DNA of 64,000 nucleotides from a virus. This document shows, one piece after another, positions 10,057 through 19,372 of this stretch (position 1 is the stretch's first letter; every line of letters starts with the position of its first letter). The stretch is from IMG/VR virus record IMGVR_UViG_3300009788_000096, positions 31,403-95,402 of that record; one strand, 5' to 3'. A model generated the notes under the pieces. That model did not search any database. It was not told where the DNA came from and saw only the letters and a list, made by a program, of their open reading frames with translations. A program made the position numbers and the translations under genes.

Positions 10057-12327
10057 ATGGCAAAGCTTTCACCGACACAATTACAGAAGTTAAAATATGC
10101 CACGCAGGGCTGGAATGAAATAATGGAGCGAAATGCTCGACTGCTGGATGAAACACTTCTGAAAGTATCCGGAATGGTCGATGTCAATTTGACTTCATTG
10201 TCGAATGATGATATGCTTGTATGGGATGTACCGACCCAGAAGTTTATCAACGTTCCTTGGAGTACGATAATTGCACCTACTACTACCACAACCACTTCGA
10301 CATCAACGACGACTGCGACTTCAACGACGACTGCGACTTCAGCGTTGCTCCTGCTGATTTATTACAACATGGAATCATTGCTGAATACAACTACAACAAC
10401 GACAACCACTACAACGACTACTGTTACAACGACGAGTTTTACTTGTGCCATCGGATATTCTGGGAACTTGTGTGGGGTTCCTACAAATGCGTTCTGTTAT
10501 CAAAACTACGGCGGTTATACATGCAGTCAGGCATTTACGGATCATACTGATCCATGGGCAAGTGGTCCTGCTGATCAACAATATAGTGGTTACACTTTTG
10601 GGGTTCCTCAAATTGTTAATAAGATTGATATCCAAGCCCATACCTCTCCATACAATCGCCATCCGGTCGCTTTCCAATTCCGTGCTTCTAATGGTTCTGC
10701 ACCAACTAATCTATCAGAAGCAGAAGGTGGTACGCAGATATTGCAAGTAAAGATGGCAGGGACGTTTGACTATCCAACCCACCATAGTGTTGGTGATCTT
10801 GGCCATTGGTCTTCTGAAGAAGTCAAAACTTGGACATTTTCAAATATCACCGCATATAAACACTATTGGATATTGATGTGGGATAAGGATGAAGCTAATT
10901 TTAGTAGAGGTGCTGATTTTCATATTGGCGAAATGAATATGTATAGTTGTGGGGCAAGGCTAAGTACTACCACAACAACGACTTCTACAACAACGACAAC
11001 TATGACTGTTTGTACGACAACAACTGTTACGGTACCATTTTATAAGTGTGCTTTAGATCCAGTCGATCTGGGTGCTAATATTACTTTGCAGCATTATAAC
11101 ATGAGGGCAATCCATTCTGCTGCCAGTGCTTGGAATTCCGCTATAAGTAAATATTATACAAGAAAGAATGCTTTCGGACAGAATAAGTTTTACTTTGAAA
11201 TTGAATGTCGACCTTCTACTGATGATCAATGGATTCTCGGTCTTGCCAATGAAAGTTTCAATGTTGATGGATATCCTGGCGATAGTACAGCCGGTTGGGG
11301 TTATCGTGGAAATGGGAACAAGTATTACAATGGGAGTGCTGGAGGTTATGGAGATGCATTTGGCGATGGCGACGTTATCGGTGTAGCCTTTAACTTGCTT
11401 ACAAATAAAGTTTGGTTCTCCAAGAATGGCGCATGGCAAGCCGGTGGTGATCCTGCTGCGGGTACGGGTGAAGCATATAGTAATTTGACTGGATCACAAT
11501 TCTATGCGGCAATCGGACTTTATCAAGAAACTCATGGTCAATTAAGATTGTCTTCAGATGATTGGGACTCTGTGGCACCTTCAGGATTTGTTGAATTTGC
11601 TTGTGATGAGATTACAACAACGACTTCAACAACGACAACCTCAACGACAACCACAACAAGTTCAGTAAGCACAACAACTGTTACGGTGCCATTATATAAG
11701 TGTGCTTTTGACCCGGCTAATAAAGGTGCTTTTATTACTTTGGAATATTACAATAAACGGGCTCGGTCAACCGGTTCTAATTGGGACTCTGCGGCAAGTA
11801 AATATTATACAAGAAAGAGTGCATTCGGACAAAATAAATTTTACTTTGAATCATATCTACATTCTGGAAATAATATGATTCATGGTATTGGAAATGAAAA
11901 CCTTGTCACTACAAATTATCCGGGCAGTGATGCAAATGGTTGGGGTTATAATACTGCCAATGGTAGAAAGTATCACAGTGGCGCTTGGACACTTATTGGT
12001 AGTGCAATGAGTCAAGGCGAAACTGTTGGTATCGCAATTGACTTAACTGATTTGGATATAGGCCAAGGCAAGATTTGGTTTGCCGATCAAGGTTCATGGA
12101 TAGAAGGCGATCCTGCAGCTGGCACCGGAGCAAGTTATAGTAATTTGACTGGAGCGCAGATTTATGCGCTGATCGCTGCCTATAGTAATGGTGTAACGGC
12201 CGAACTTAGATTATCTTCTGACGATTGGGTCCAGTCCGCTCCGTCGGGATTTGTTGAATTTGCTTGTGTTGAGATTACCACCACAACGACAACAACGACA
12301 ACCACTACAACGACAACTACAACATAG
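10057..12327 (+). CDS. Tail fibre/adhesin: anchor + discoidin-like domain + two SPRY domains, joined by Thr tracts
   Basis: Two SPRY-like repeats (KFYFE...YPG.D..GWGY...G[DE].[IV]G.A...K.WF); five Thr-rich tracts including 16 terminal Thr. Confidence 0.75.
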   Translation: MAKLSPTQLQKLKYATQGWNEIMERNARLLDETLLKVSGMVDVNLTSLSNDDMLVWDVPTQKFINVPWSTIIAPTTTTTTSTSTTTATSTTTATSALLLLIYYNMESLLNTTTTTTTTTTTTVTTTSFTCAIGYSGNLCGVPTNAFCYQNYGGYTCSQAFTDHTDPWASGPADQQYSGYTFGVPQIVNKIDIQAHTSPYNRHPVAFQFRASNGSAPTNLSEAEGGTQILQVKMAGTFDYPTHHSVGDLGHWSSEEVKTWTFSNITAYKHYWILMWDKDEANFSRGADFHIGEMNMYSCGARLSTTTTTTSTTTTTMTVCTTTTVTVPFYKCALDPVDLGANITLQHYNMRAIHSAASAWNSAISKYYTRKNAFGQNKFYFEIECRPSTDDQWILGLANESFNVDGYPGDSTAGWGYRGNGNKYYNGSAGGYGDAFGDGDVIGVAFNLLTNKVWFSKNGAWQAGGDPAAGTGEAYSNLTGSQFYAAIGLYQETHGQLRLSSDDWDSVAPSGFVEFACDEITTTTSTTTTSTTTTTSSVSTTTVTVPLYKCAFDPANKGAFITLEYYNKRARSTGSNWDSAASKYYTRKSAFGQNKFYFESYLHSGNNMIHGIGNENLVTTNYPGSDANGWGYNTANGRKYHSGAWTLIGSAMSQGETVGIAIDLTDLDIGQGKIWFADQGSWIEGDPAAGTGASYSNLTGAQIYALIAAYSNGVTAELRLSSDDWVQSAPSGFVEFACVEITTTTTTTTTTTTTTTT

Positions 12328-12335
12328 AGTATATA

Positions 12336-13610
12336 ATGAAAAAGTTTCCTGACATTCAAGCGAATTATCCGGGTCGAGCATTTGGCGTCGTTCAAACGAC
12401 TACCAGACCTCTGCTCGGTACTTATAGCTTTGACTTCGACGGCACGGACTTTATAAGAACTGTAGTCCATCCCGGAACCGATATCAATATTGCGATTTCA
12501 TTATGGATTCGTTTTGATACGGTTCCAACGGATGCAGTCAATAGACCTGTTGCTATAATGAGTAATAGTGATGGAACTAATTCTGGTCTTGGATTAGTCA
12601 AAGTCACCGGAGCCGCAAGAGTTCATATGGTTCGTTCTGCAAATGGAGCTGCCGGAGCTTATGAAGTAGACGATCAAGCAACTCCCGGTTCTGGCTTTGC
12701 GGTTTCTCCTAATACTTGGTATCACATGGTTGTGCAGAAGACAACTACGAATTTTGAACTTTGGGTCAATGCTGTTAAGGTTCTTGATCGAGCCGGCTCC
12801 TTTGGCAATGCCGATGCGACCGGATTTGATGGATTACTTCTTGGCTCTAAAACAGATAATTCAAATGGAATCGACGGGAAGATTGATCAAGTCAAAGTAT
12901 TTGATCTTGGTACCAGCGGCGGTTTAGCTCAAAGTCAAATTCGTGAGTTATATTTTGAAGGTGCAACAACGACAACTACTTCAACGACAACCACGACAAC
13001 CACGACAACTACTTCAACAACGATTGATCTTTGTCCTGGTGGATATTCCTCTGAATTATGTACTGATGGGGTAAACAGGGCATTTTGTCGTCAGACCTAT
13101 GGTGGTTATCAATGTTCCTGGGCTTTTGATGGTAACTATAATAACCCGTGGGTGGGTGGTACATTAGATCAGCAATACGTTGGTTACAGTTTCGTCGTTC
13201 CACAAATTGTCAATAAATTTTCTATTCTTGCATATAATGGTTCGACATTTCCGAGGACGCCGGATGCTTTCCAACTCCGTGCTTCTAATACTGCTGCCCC
13301 AACTAATTTAACAGAAGCTGAGGGCGGTACATTAATCCATCAAGTAAAGATGCCGGGAACGTTTGACTACCCAACCCATCATACTGTTGGTAACCTCGGG
13401 CATTGGAGTCAAGGCGAACTTAAATCTTGGGAATTCGATAATGGCATTGCATATAAACATTATTGGATGCTGTTCTGGGACAAAGATGAAAACGACTTTG
13501 GTCGGAGTGGGGATTATAATTTTGGTGACCTCAGTATGTATAGCTGCGGCCCACGTTTAACAACGACAACCACGACAACCACGACTTCAACGACAACTAC
13601 TTCATCATAA
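12336..13610 (+). CDS. LamG/ConA-like lectin + discoidin-like domain virion protein with Thr tracts
   Basis: FDFDGTD, ISLWIR, NTWYHMVV, LWVNAV and DGKIDQVKVF LamG motifs. Second domain is paralogous to that in 10057..12327. Confidence 0.75.
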   Translation: MKKFPDIQANYPGRAFGVVQTTTRPLLGTYSFDFDGTDFIRTVVHPGTDINIAISLWIRFDTVPTDAVNRPVAIMSNSDGTNSGLGLVKVTGAARVHMVRSANGAAGAYEVDDQATPGSGFAVSPNTWYHMVVQKTTTNFELWVNAVKVLDRAGSFGNADATGFDGLLLGSKTDNSNGIDGKIDQVKVFDLGTSGGLAQSQIRELYFEGATTTTTSTTTTTTTTTTSTTIDLCPGGYSSELCTDGVNRAFCRQTYGGYQCSWAFDGNYNNPWVGGTLDQQYVGYSFVVPQIVNKFSILAYNGSTFPRTPDAFQLRASNTAAPTNLTEAEGGTLIHQVKMPGTFDYPTHHTVGNLGHWSQGELKSWEFDNGIAYKHYWMLFWDKDENDFGRSGDYNFGDLSMYSCGPRLTTTTTTTTTSTTTTSS

Positions 13611-13618
13611 GGTGACTA

Positions 13619-13828
13619 ATGACTATACTATCACCCAGCGGTTTGGAAACGGACGATTATAGCCAAGCAAATTGGTGGGCAATCTATAACAGAAATGTGG
13701 AACTGTTGAATGCTGTTTTGATAAAGTTGCAGGGATTGGGAGACGTAAAGGTAGACAAGTTAAAAGATGACAGTTTTCTTTTCTGGGATGATGCTAATTC
13801 GAAATGGAAAGTGGGGATTTATCCATAA
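13619..13828 (+). CDS. Small virion protein, paralog of the fibre N-terminal anchor
   Basis: LSPSGL...W..IYNRN.ELL...L.KLQGLGDV...L.DD.FL.WD....KW aligns with the N-terminus of 10057..12327. Confidence 0.65.
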   Translation: MTILSPSGLETDDYSQANWWAIYNRNVELLNAVLIKLQGLGDVKVDKLKDDSFLFWDDANSKWKVGIYP

Positions 13829-14109
13829 TGGCAACCTATTATACATTGACTAACACTGGTTTGCGTTATTCTGATATTGGTTATTCTGCATGGAATGTCA
13901 ATGTCAATAACTATAACTGGAGCGCGCTCAATAATACTCTCTTGAAGTATTCGGCTTTGTTAGACGTTGATCCCACTGGCTTAGTTCAAGGCGACGTTTT
14001 AATATATAACTCATCTTCTGAAAAATGGGAAAGGAAAGCTTTAAACCCTGGCTATCACGTGATCAGTACAACGACAACTACGACTTCTACTACTACGACT
14101 TCGACATAA
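13828..14109 (+). CDS. Small virion protein: fibre-anchor paralog plus C-terminal poly-Thr tag
   Basis: TAATG coupling at 13828; LNNTLLKYSALLDVD...GDVLIYN....KW; ends STTTTTTSTTTTST*. Confidence 0.65.
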   Translation: MATYYTLTNTGLRYSDIGYSAWNVNVNNYNWSALNNTLLKYSALLDVDPTGLVQGDVLIYNSSSEKWERKALNPGYHVISTTTTTTSTTTTST

Positions 14110-14117
14110 GGAGCGGC

Positions 14118-14651
14118 ATGGATATTAAATTCTTCGTAAAAGACTACTGGTCAATTGTTTTAAGTTGCATTGCATTAGTTACTTCCGTCATAATTGTTTG
14201 GAGATATAAGATTCCAGATATTGAGAAGCGACTGACAAAGGTTGAATTAACTTCACATTCGCAAGAAGTAACCCGACTTGACTTAACCGATCGAGTTTCA
14301 AAACATGAAATTTATCGTAAGGATGGAAGCTATATATATCAACAATCTGAGGGTTGCAAGAAGATGCAGGACACATGCCAGACAAAGATCTGCATGAAAA
14401 TTGATGGAGTAACTAAAATTATGAATAAACGAATGGTTTCAATCGAAGACAAGATGGAAGAAATGGATCTTTCAAGAGAAAGCACCAGAAGCGAATTTAA
14501 AGAAGTATTAGAAAAATTGCACAAGCAACAAGTTGAGATGGTAAGGGTCGCTACGCAAGTGAAGACATTGCTGGCAAATGGTCAAGCGCAGCAGACCGCA
14601 ATTATAGTTAGAGAAGTACTCAAAGAGATCAAACAGAACCGCTTGGTTTAG
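14118..14651 (+). CDS. Membrane-anchored coiled-coil protein (possibly lysis-associated)
   Basis: AAGGAG then ATG at 14118; N-terminal hydrophobic helix followed by a helical region. Confidence 0.5.
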   Translation: MDIKFFVKDYWSIVLSCIALVTSVIIVWRYKIPDIEKRLTKVELTSHSQEVTRLDLTDRVSKHEIYRKDGSYIYQQSEGCKKMQDTCQTKICMKIDGVTKIMNKRMVSIEDKMEEMDLSRESTRSEFKEVLEKLHKQQVEMVRVATQVKTLLANGQAQQTAIIVREVLKEIKQNRLV

Positions 14652-14659
14652 GCAAGGAG

Positions 14660-14947
14660 GTGTTATATATGGAAGAAGTTAGTTTTGGGGCTTATGCGGC
14701 TCCGGTGTTGCTAACAGTCATTTTAGGTATTGTCTACAAGTTCGTCGATGCCACTGGTAAATGGAAAGTGTTAATAGCAGTACTCTGCGGAATCGGTCTG
14801 GGAGTGCTTGCTATCGCTTACCAAGGGAAGGAATGGTCCATCGTGAACATTGTGGACTTCGCGATCTACGGATTGATGCTTGGTGCCAGTGCCATTGGTT
14901 TGCATCAAATGCAGAAGCAGGCAAGAAAGCCGAAGAAAAAAGTTTAA
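14660..14947 (+). CDS. Putative holin (three TM segments, basic C-tail)
   Basis: 95 aa, three hydrophobic segments, KQARKPKKKV tail, strong AAGGAGG SD. Confidence 0.6.
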   Translation: MLYMEEVSFGAYAAPVLLTVILGIVYKFVDATGKWKVLIAVLCGIGLGVLAIAYQGKEWSIVNIVDFAIYGLMLGASAIGLHQMQKQARKPKKKV

Positions 14948-14979
14948 TAAAAAATTCAATAAGAAGGAGGTGAAGTTAA

Positions 14980-15387
14980 ATGAGGAAAATGCGTAATTCT
15001 TTAATCTGCTTGGTTATCTTTTTTGCAATGGTAACGATGGCATGTCAAAGCGGTATCGGTGGGATGAGCGTAAAGCAGCAAGCGGCATGGACGAACAATG
15101 TCTATGCGAGGCAGTATGACTTGTATCTCGACCAGATTTTACTACCGTCGATTTCAGGAAGTGAACGTCAGACCTTGAAGGATAATCCAAGGCTAATCAC
15201 GCAAGACATGCTGCGTACAAACTTTAGCAAGAATGAAGCCGAAGTCCTTAAGGCGAAGAAGCAAGTCTTTACGGAGCTGCATCCGCTGCTGGTAACGTAT
15301 AACGAATATATCACCGGCGGCATGGCGGTACCGGCGAACCTTGAGTACCAGATTGTCTCGCTAATCAACCGGCTTCTGGCTGATTAG
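14980..15387 (+). CDS. Lipoprotein (possibly spanin-like)
   Basis: Basic N-terminus, hydrophobic core and TMAC lipobox-like Cys; SD AGGAGGTG. Confidence 0.55.
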   Translation: MRKMRNSLICLVIFFAMVTMACQSGIGGMSVKQQAAWTNNVYARQYDLYLDQILLPSISGSERQTLKDNPRLITQDMLRTNFSKNEAEVLKAKKQVFTELHPLLVTYNEYITGGMAVPANLEYQIVSLINRLLAD

Positions 15388-15428
15388 CCTCAACCGAAAT
15401 TTAATTTCTGAAAAAGGAGCAATTTAAA

Positions 15429-15623
15429 ATGAGTCAAGAAGCAACTGTTAATATGGTTGCCGGTCTGGTCAGCTTGGCTGTGGAGTTCGCTGCGGCTTCC
15501 AATATCGCAAAGGAAGACGTTGATCGCATTTATGCGGAGTCCTATGAAAAAGTCAAAGCGAAAGATCCGGCGACTCATGCCCATCCAGATTTTGATGAGG
15601 CAACGGAAGGCGGTGGCGAATGA
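15429..15623 (+). CDS. Hypothetical protein
   Basis: SD AAGGAG; ATGA overlap with the next gene. Confidence 0.55.
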   Translation: MSQEATVNMVAGLVSLAVEFAAASNIAKEDVDRIYAESYEKVKAKDPATHAHPDFDEATEGGGE

Positions 15624-16063
15624 GAAAGTTCAAATTTTTAATCTTCATTATGTTTATGGTGTTCGCCTTTTCATTTCCAGCTCTGGCCGATATTAATAAG
15701 GAATTTACTTTCGCTTGGGAACAGAATGTGGATGATCTTCCCCAAATGAAAGAGTGGAGAATGTATTGGTCGGATGCGGCAGGCGGTCCGTACACTGCGG
15801 TTCTTGATACGGACGGGAATCCAATTATTATTCCTTATGATCCTTTGGATCCCGACGGAATTTATGATTCGACACAAATAATGATAGTGCCCGGAACACC
15901 CGGAACAACTGTAACGAAGTACTTCGTCTTGACTGCGGTCGATCAGTCGGATAATGAATCCGATTATAGCGCCGAAGCAATTGACGATAGCACTGGAAAC
16001 GGTTGGGTTGAAATTAGAATTCCCTTGGGTAGACCTTTTAGCTTGCATATCATTATGCAATAA
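15620..16063 (+). CDS. Secreted fibronectin type III-like protein
   Basis: Sec signal (…AFSFPALA); TFAWEQN, MYWS...GGPY and YFVLTAVD...NESDYS FN3-like motifs. Confidence 0.7.
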   Translation: MRKFKFLIFIMFMVFAFSFPALADINKEFTFAWEQNVDDLPQMKEWRMYWSDAAGGPYTAVLDTDGNPIIIPYDPLDPDGIYDSTQIMIVPGTPGTTVTKYFVLTAVDQSDNESDYSAEAIDDSTGNGWVEIRIPLGRPFSLHIIMQ

Positions 16064-16085
16064 CTAAAAGGGTAAGGTAAAACTT

Positions 16086-16155
16086 TGGCTCCCGTCCTTA
16101 GGTTCCTCCCTTTGCCGTTGAAGCATTTACTTGCCAATACGGGGACGGGAAGCCA
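16086..16155 (+). other. Intergenic long stem-loop
   Basis: TGGCTCCCGTCC (16086-97) pairs with GGACGGGAAGCCA (16143-55). Confidence 0.5.
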
Positions 16156-16205
16156 TTTAACTCCGCATTTGGGCTGATGAAGAATTGGGCTGGAAGGAAT
16201 TTGAA

Positions 16206-16598
16206 ATGGCACTGTCATGGAAGCGGAATGGAGACTGCGTTCGCTGCGGCTGGTGTTGTGAGAGAACACTTTATTATGACTATGAAGTAGAGGTTGGTAA
16301 TAATGAAGCGATTATACTCTCACTTAAAAAATGCAATACAAACGACTCTTTTATTAAGAAGGTTAATACATGGATCGAAGCGCATGAAATGGTTTATGAA
16401 GATCGAAGAGTAGTCAAGATAGAGGTTGGTTGTGAATTTTTTAAGTGGAAGTATAATGACGGAATGAGGAAGGGATTCTGTACCGTTTATAAAGACAAAG
16501 AGAAAGGATGTCAATACGATAAAAGAAAATCTTTTCCAGAATCAGTCAATGATTTATCCGTAGAAAATACCTGCGGGTATACATTCGAAAAGAAGTAA
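16206..16598 (+). CDS. CxxCxxCC (YkgJ-like) Zn/Fe-S protein
   Basis: CVRCGWCC, later C.F...CTVY...C...FP. Confidence 0.65.
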   Translation: MALSWKRNGDCVRCGWCCERTLYYDYEVEVGNNEAIILSLKKCNTNDSFIKKVNTWIEAHEMVYEDRRVVKIEVGCEFFKWKYNDGMRKGFCTVYKDKEKGCQYDKRKSFPESVNDLSVENTCGYTFEKK

Positions 16599-16616
16599 TT
16601 CGAAAGGAATTGAGAA

Positions 16617-19367
16617 ATGACAATCCAAGAATTAGATATGGAAAATGGCGATTATGATTTGACTTCATTAATTACCGTGTTAACTCATATTCCCGATGCC
16701 GATAATGCTATGGAATGTCGAGCTCTCGTATTTTTTGGTGATGGCACTAAGAATCTTGATGGCACAGGTGGAAACTTCAATGTTGTCATAACTATTGGGA
16801 GTCAAACATTACAGCCCAGTCCGAAGGTTTATACCTTTGGAACGGAAGTACGATCTGCTCTCCGCACTGATCCATTTACTGTCCCCGCAAACGAACAAGT
16901 TATAGTCAAAGTTCTATCTCCAAATGGTGCTGATACAGATGTTGATGTCACAGCATATCTTCATAGTGACAATGTTGCAAACGACGTTTGGGATGAATTA
17001 CTTACAGGCGGAACTCATAATATTGCGACAAGCGCAGGACGCCGGCTCCGGACTTTACAAGATTTCGGTCTTTATGAAGGCGGAGCGGTATGGGTTGATA
17101 CGGTGAATGGTGTCGCCGGAACAGTCAATTTTGAAAACGGGGTAGTAAACAATCCTGTGGATAGCATTGCAGATGCGAAGACAATAGCAGACAGCATCGG
17201 GCTCAAAACAATCCATTTCCTTGCGGGATCGTCTGTAACTCTTGCAGAAGCATTTGACAGCTTTGTTTTTGAAGGAATGGCATATACGGTTGATTTAAAC
17301 GGACAGTCTGTTAATGGGACATGGTTTCAAAGAGCGACTATTGTTGGAAATGACGATGGTTCAAATACGATTCCGACACGTTATCTTCGTTGCATAATGG
17401 GAAACAATACTCTCGGGTTATCATACCTTGGAGATTGTGCGTTTGAAGGGGATTTGGTGTTGGCGCAAGAGGGCACCTATATTACAGATCGTTGTTTGTC
17501 AGCAGTTGCCGGAACAGAAACTCCGTCCATTGATTTTCAAAACGAGAACGAAAATAAATATTTGAACATGCGCCATTATTCTGGAGGGATTGAAATTAAA
17601 AACTTTGGTCATGGGACAGCAGATCACCATATGTCACTTGAGGGTGATGGTCAGCTTGTCTTTAATTCGAATTGTTCAAATGCCAATGCCGGTGATGAAC
17701 TCGCTATTCGTGGAAATTTTACTATCACTGATAATGTAGGTGGTGGATGGGCTGGCACATTATCTGATGATGCCAGATTTGACTCTGTGGAATTAGTGGA
17801 TAACGTTTGGGATGAATTACTTACGGGTGGAGCGCATAATATTCCGACTTCTGCGGGAAGAAGATTGCGCGAAATTGCAGGCACTGTTATTGCTTCTGAT
17901 ATTGCGCAAGGTCCGGGCACTGGAAACAATCAAATTCAATTGGCTGCCGCCGCTTCCGCAGTTGACGGCGCTTATGATCCAGCGATGGTTGTAATAATGT
18001 TAGGGACAGGAGCAGGACAAAGCCGATTAATTTATGAGTATGACGGCGCAACCAAAATTGCAACTGTAGATCGAAATTGGAAAGTAAATCCAAGTACCGA
18101 TAGTGAATATGTTCTCTTCGGCCATCCAGGAAGAGAACACGTTAACGAAGGACTTGCTCAAGCCGGATCAACGAGCAGCACGATTAAGTTAAATTCACTG
18201 GCAAGTGATCAAGATAATATTTACAATGGGCAGATGGTTTTTATCCGGTCAGGTACTGGAGAAGATCAGGTTGGGCTTGTGAAGTCATACGTTGGAGGTA
18301 CTAAAGTTGCAACGATGTGGGATAACTGGGGCGTAACACCTGACGGTACAAGCGGTTACGTAATGATGCCGATGGATATGCGACCAGAAACCATAGCAAG
18401 AGGAGTTTGGGATAGATTAGTTGCGAGTCATTTAACTTCTGGAAGCGCAGGTTTGGCTCTGATGCATACCACTTATGGTAGTGTAGTTCATATTGATACG
18501 GTTGGCGGCAGTGCAGGTACAACGTATCCAAAAGGCACAGTTGAAGATCCAGTGGATAATTATGCCGATGCAAAGATAATAGCGACAACGTATGGTTTAG
18601 AAGAGTTTCACTTGCTCAGCAATTTGACTCTTGGAGCTTCTGATAATGCAGATAATTTTAAATTTTCCGCTCCGACTGGTATTAATATTATATTAACAGT
18701 AACTTCAGGTTGCAGTACAATCAATACAACTTTTGAACGATTGGTTCTAACAGGCACATTAGATGGTGGTGTTTGGATAGAACGATGTAGTATTGCGGGA
18801 CTGAATGACATTCAAGGATTTGTACTTGAATGTATATTTTTGGCAAATAGTTCTCTTACTGGTCCTTCTTCTACAGTAATGTATAATTGTGGCACCGCAG
18901 TAGTAGCCCCACCGATTACATTGGGTTTAAACAGTTCACCACTAACTATGGCAGGTTGGAAAGGCGGACTAAAAATAGGAAGCAAAATTGGTTCTCAAAA
19001 TATTATAATAGATTTATTGTCCGGCACTTTGGAAATTGCTTCAACTTGCACTGCTGGAAAAATAATTGTCAAAGGCATTGGGCATATAACAGCAGATAAC
19101 TCAGGTGCTAACTGCATTATAGACACCACCGATTTAATAAAGGCAAGTCATATTGACTTCATGAAAAATATAGAAGGCGGACGTTGGAGAATTAATCATA
19201 TAACTCATCAAATGTTATTCTACAAAGAAGATAATGTTACGGAAGTTGCGCGGTTTAATTTATTTGATCATGCTGGAATCCCAGCGTCTGAAAACGTATA
19301 CGAAAGAGTTCGAGTGACAACCACAACAACTACAACAACCACTACTACTACCACAACATCAAGTTAG
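16617..19367 (+). CDS. Large repeat-containing putative virion protein with C-terminal poly-Thr tag
   Basis: Repeats VWDELLTGG.HNI.TSAGRRLR x2 (plus a degenerate third) and duplicated GTG.GQ/DQ and V.[IV]DTV.G.AGT modules; ends in T14-SS*. Confidence 0.65.
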   Translation: MTIQELDMENGDYDLTSLITVLTHIPDADNAMECRALVFFGDGTKNLDGTGGNFNVVITIGSQTLQPSPKVYTFGTEVRSALRTDPFTVPANEQVIVKVLSPNGADTDVDVTAYLHSDNVANDVWDELLTGGTHNIATSAGRRLRTLQDFGLYEGGAVWVDTVNGVAGTVNFENGVVNNPVDSIADAKTIADSIGLKTIHFLAGSSVTLAEAFDSFVFEGMAYTVDLNGQSVNGTWFQRATIVGNDDGSNTIPTRYLRCIMGNNTLGLSYLGDCAFEGDLVLAQEGTYITDRCLSAVAGTETPSIDFQNENENKYLNMRHYSGGIEIKNFGHGTADHHMSLEGDGQLVFNSNCSNANAGDELAIRGNFTITDNVGGGWAGTLSDDARFDSVELVDNVWDELLTGGAHNIPTSAGRRLREIAGTVIASDIAQGPGTGNNQIQLAAAASAVDGAYDPAMVVIMLGTGAGQSRLIYEYDGATKIATVDRNWKVNPSTDSEYVLFGHPGREHVNEGLAQAGSTSSTIKLNSLASDQDNIYNGQMVFIRSGTGEDQVGLVKSYVGGTKVATMWDNWGVTPDGTSGYVMMPMDMRPETIARGVWDRLVASHLTSGSAGLALMHTTYGSVVHIDTVGGSAGTTYPKGTVEDPVDNYADAKIIATTYGLEEFHLLSNLTLGASDNADNFKFSAPTGINIILTVTSGCSTINTTFERLVLTGTLDGGVWIERCSIAGLNDIQGFVLECIFLANSSLTGPSSTVMYNCGTAVVAPPITLGLNSSPLTMAGWKGGLKIGSKIGSQNIIIDLLSGTLEIASTCTAGKIIVKGIGHITADNSGANCIIDTTDLIKASHIDFMKNIEGGRWRINHITHQMLFYKEDNVTEVARFNLFDHAGIPASENVYERVRVTTTTTTTTTTTTTTSS

Positions 19368-19372
19368 GAGAT

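Noticed and set aside
10440-13560. Diversity-generating retroelement (TR/VR pair) in the duplicated adhesin modules
   Set aside because: Both copies are coding, the differences are not adenine-restricted, and no reverse transcriptase was seen.
3728-14117. Programmed frameshift fusions through the Thr tracts (alternative frames such as 3728.. and 14025.. run into the next gene)
   Set aside because: ACN repeats contain no stop codon in any + frame, so open alternative frames are expected. The required shift differs between sites, one junction (13613) is blocked by TGA, and the downstream genes have their own starts.
14980-16063. Host assignment (e.g. sulfate-reducing deltaproteobacterium)
   Set aside because: The lipoprotein, FN3, Tat signal and B12/radical SAM genes only hint at an anaerobic, probably diderm host. 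Nothing in the window identifies it.
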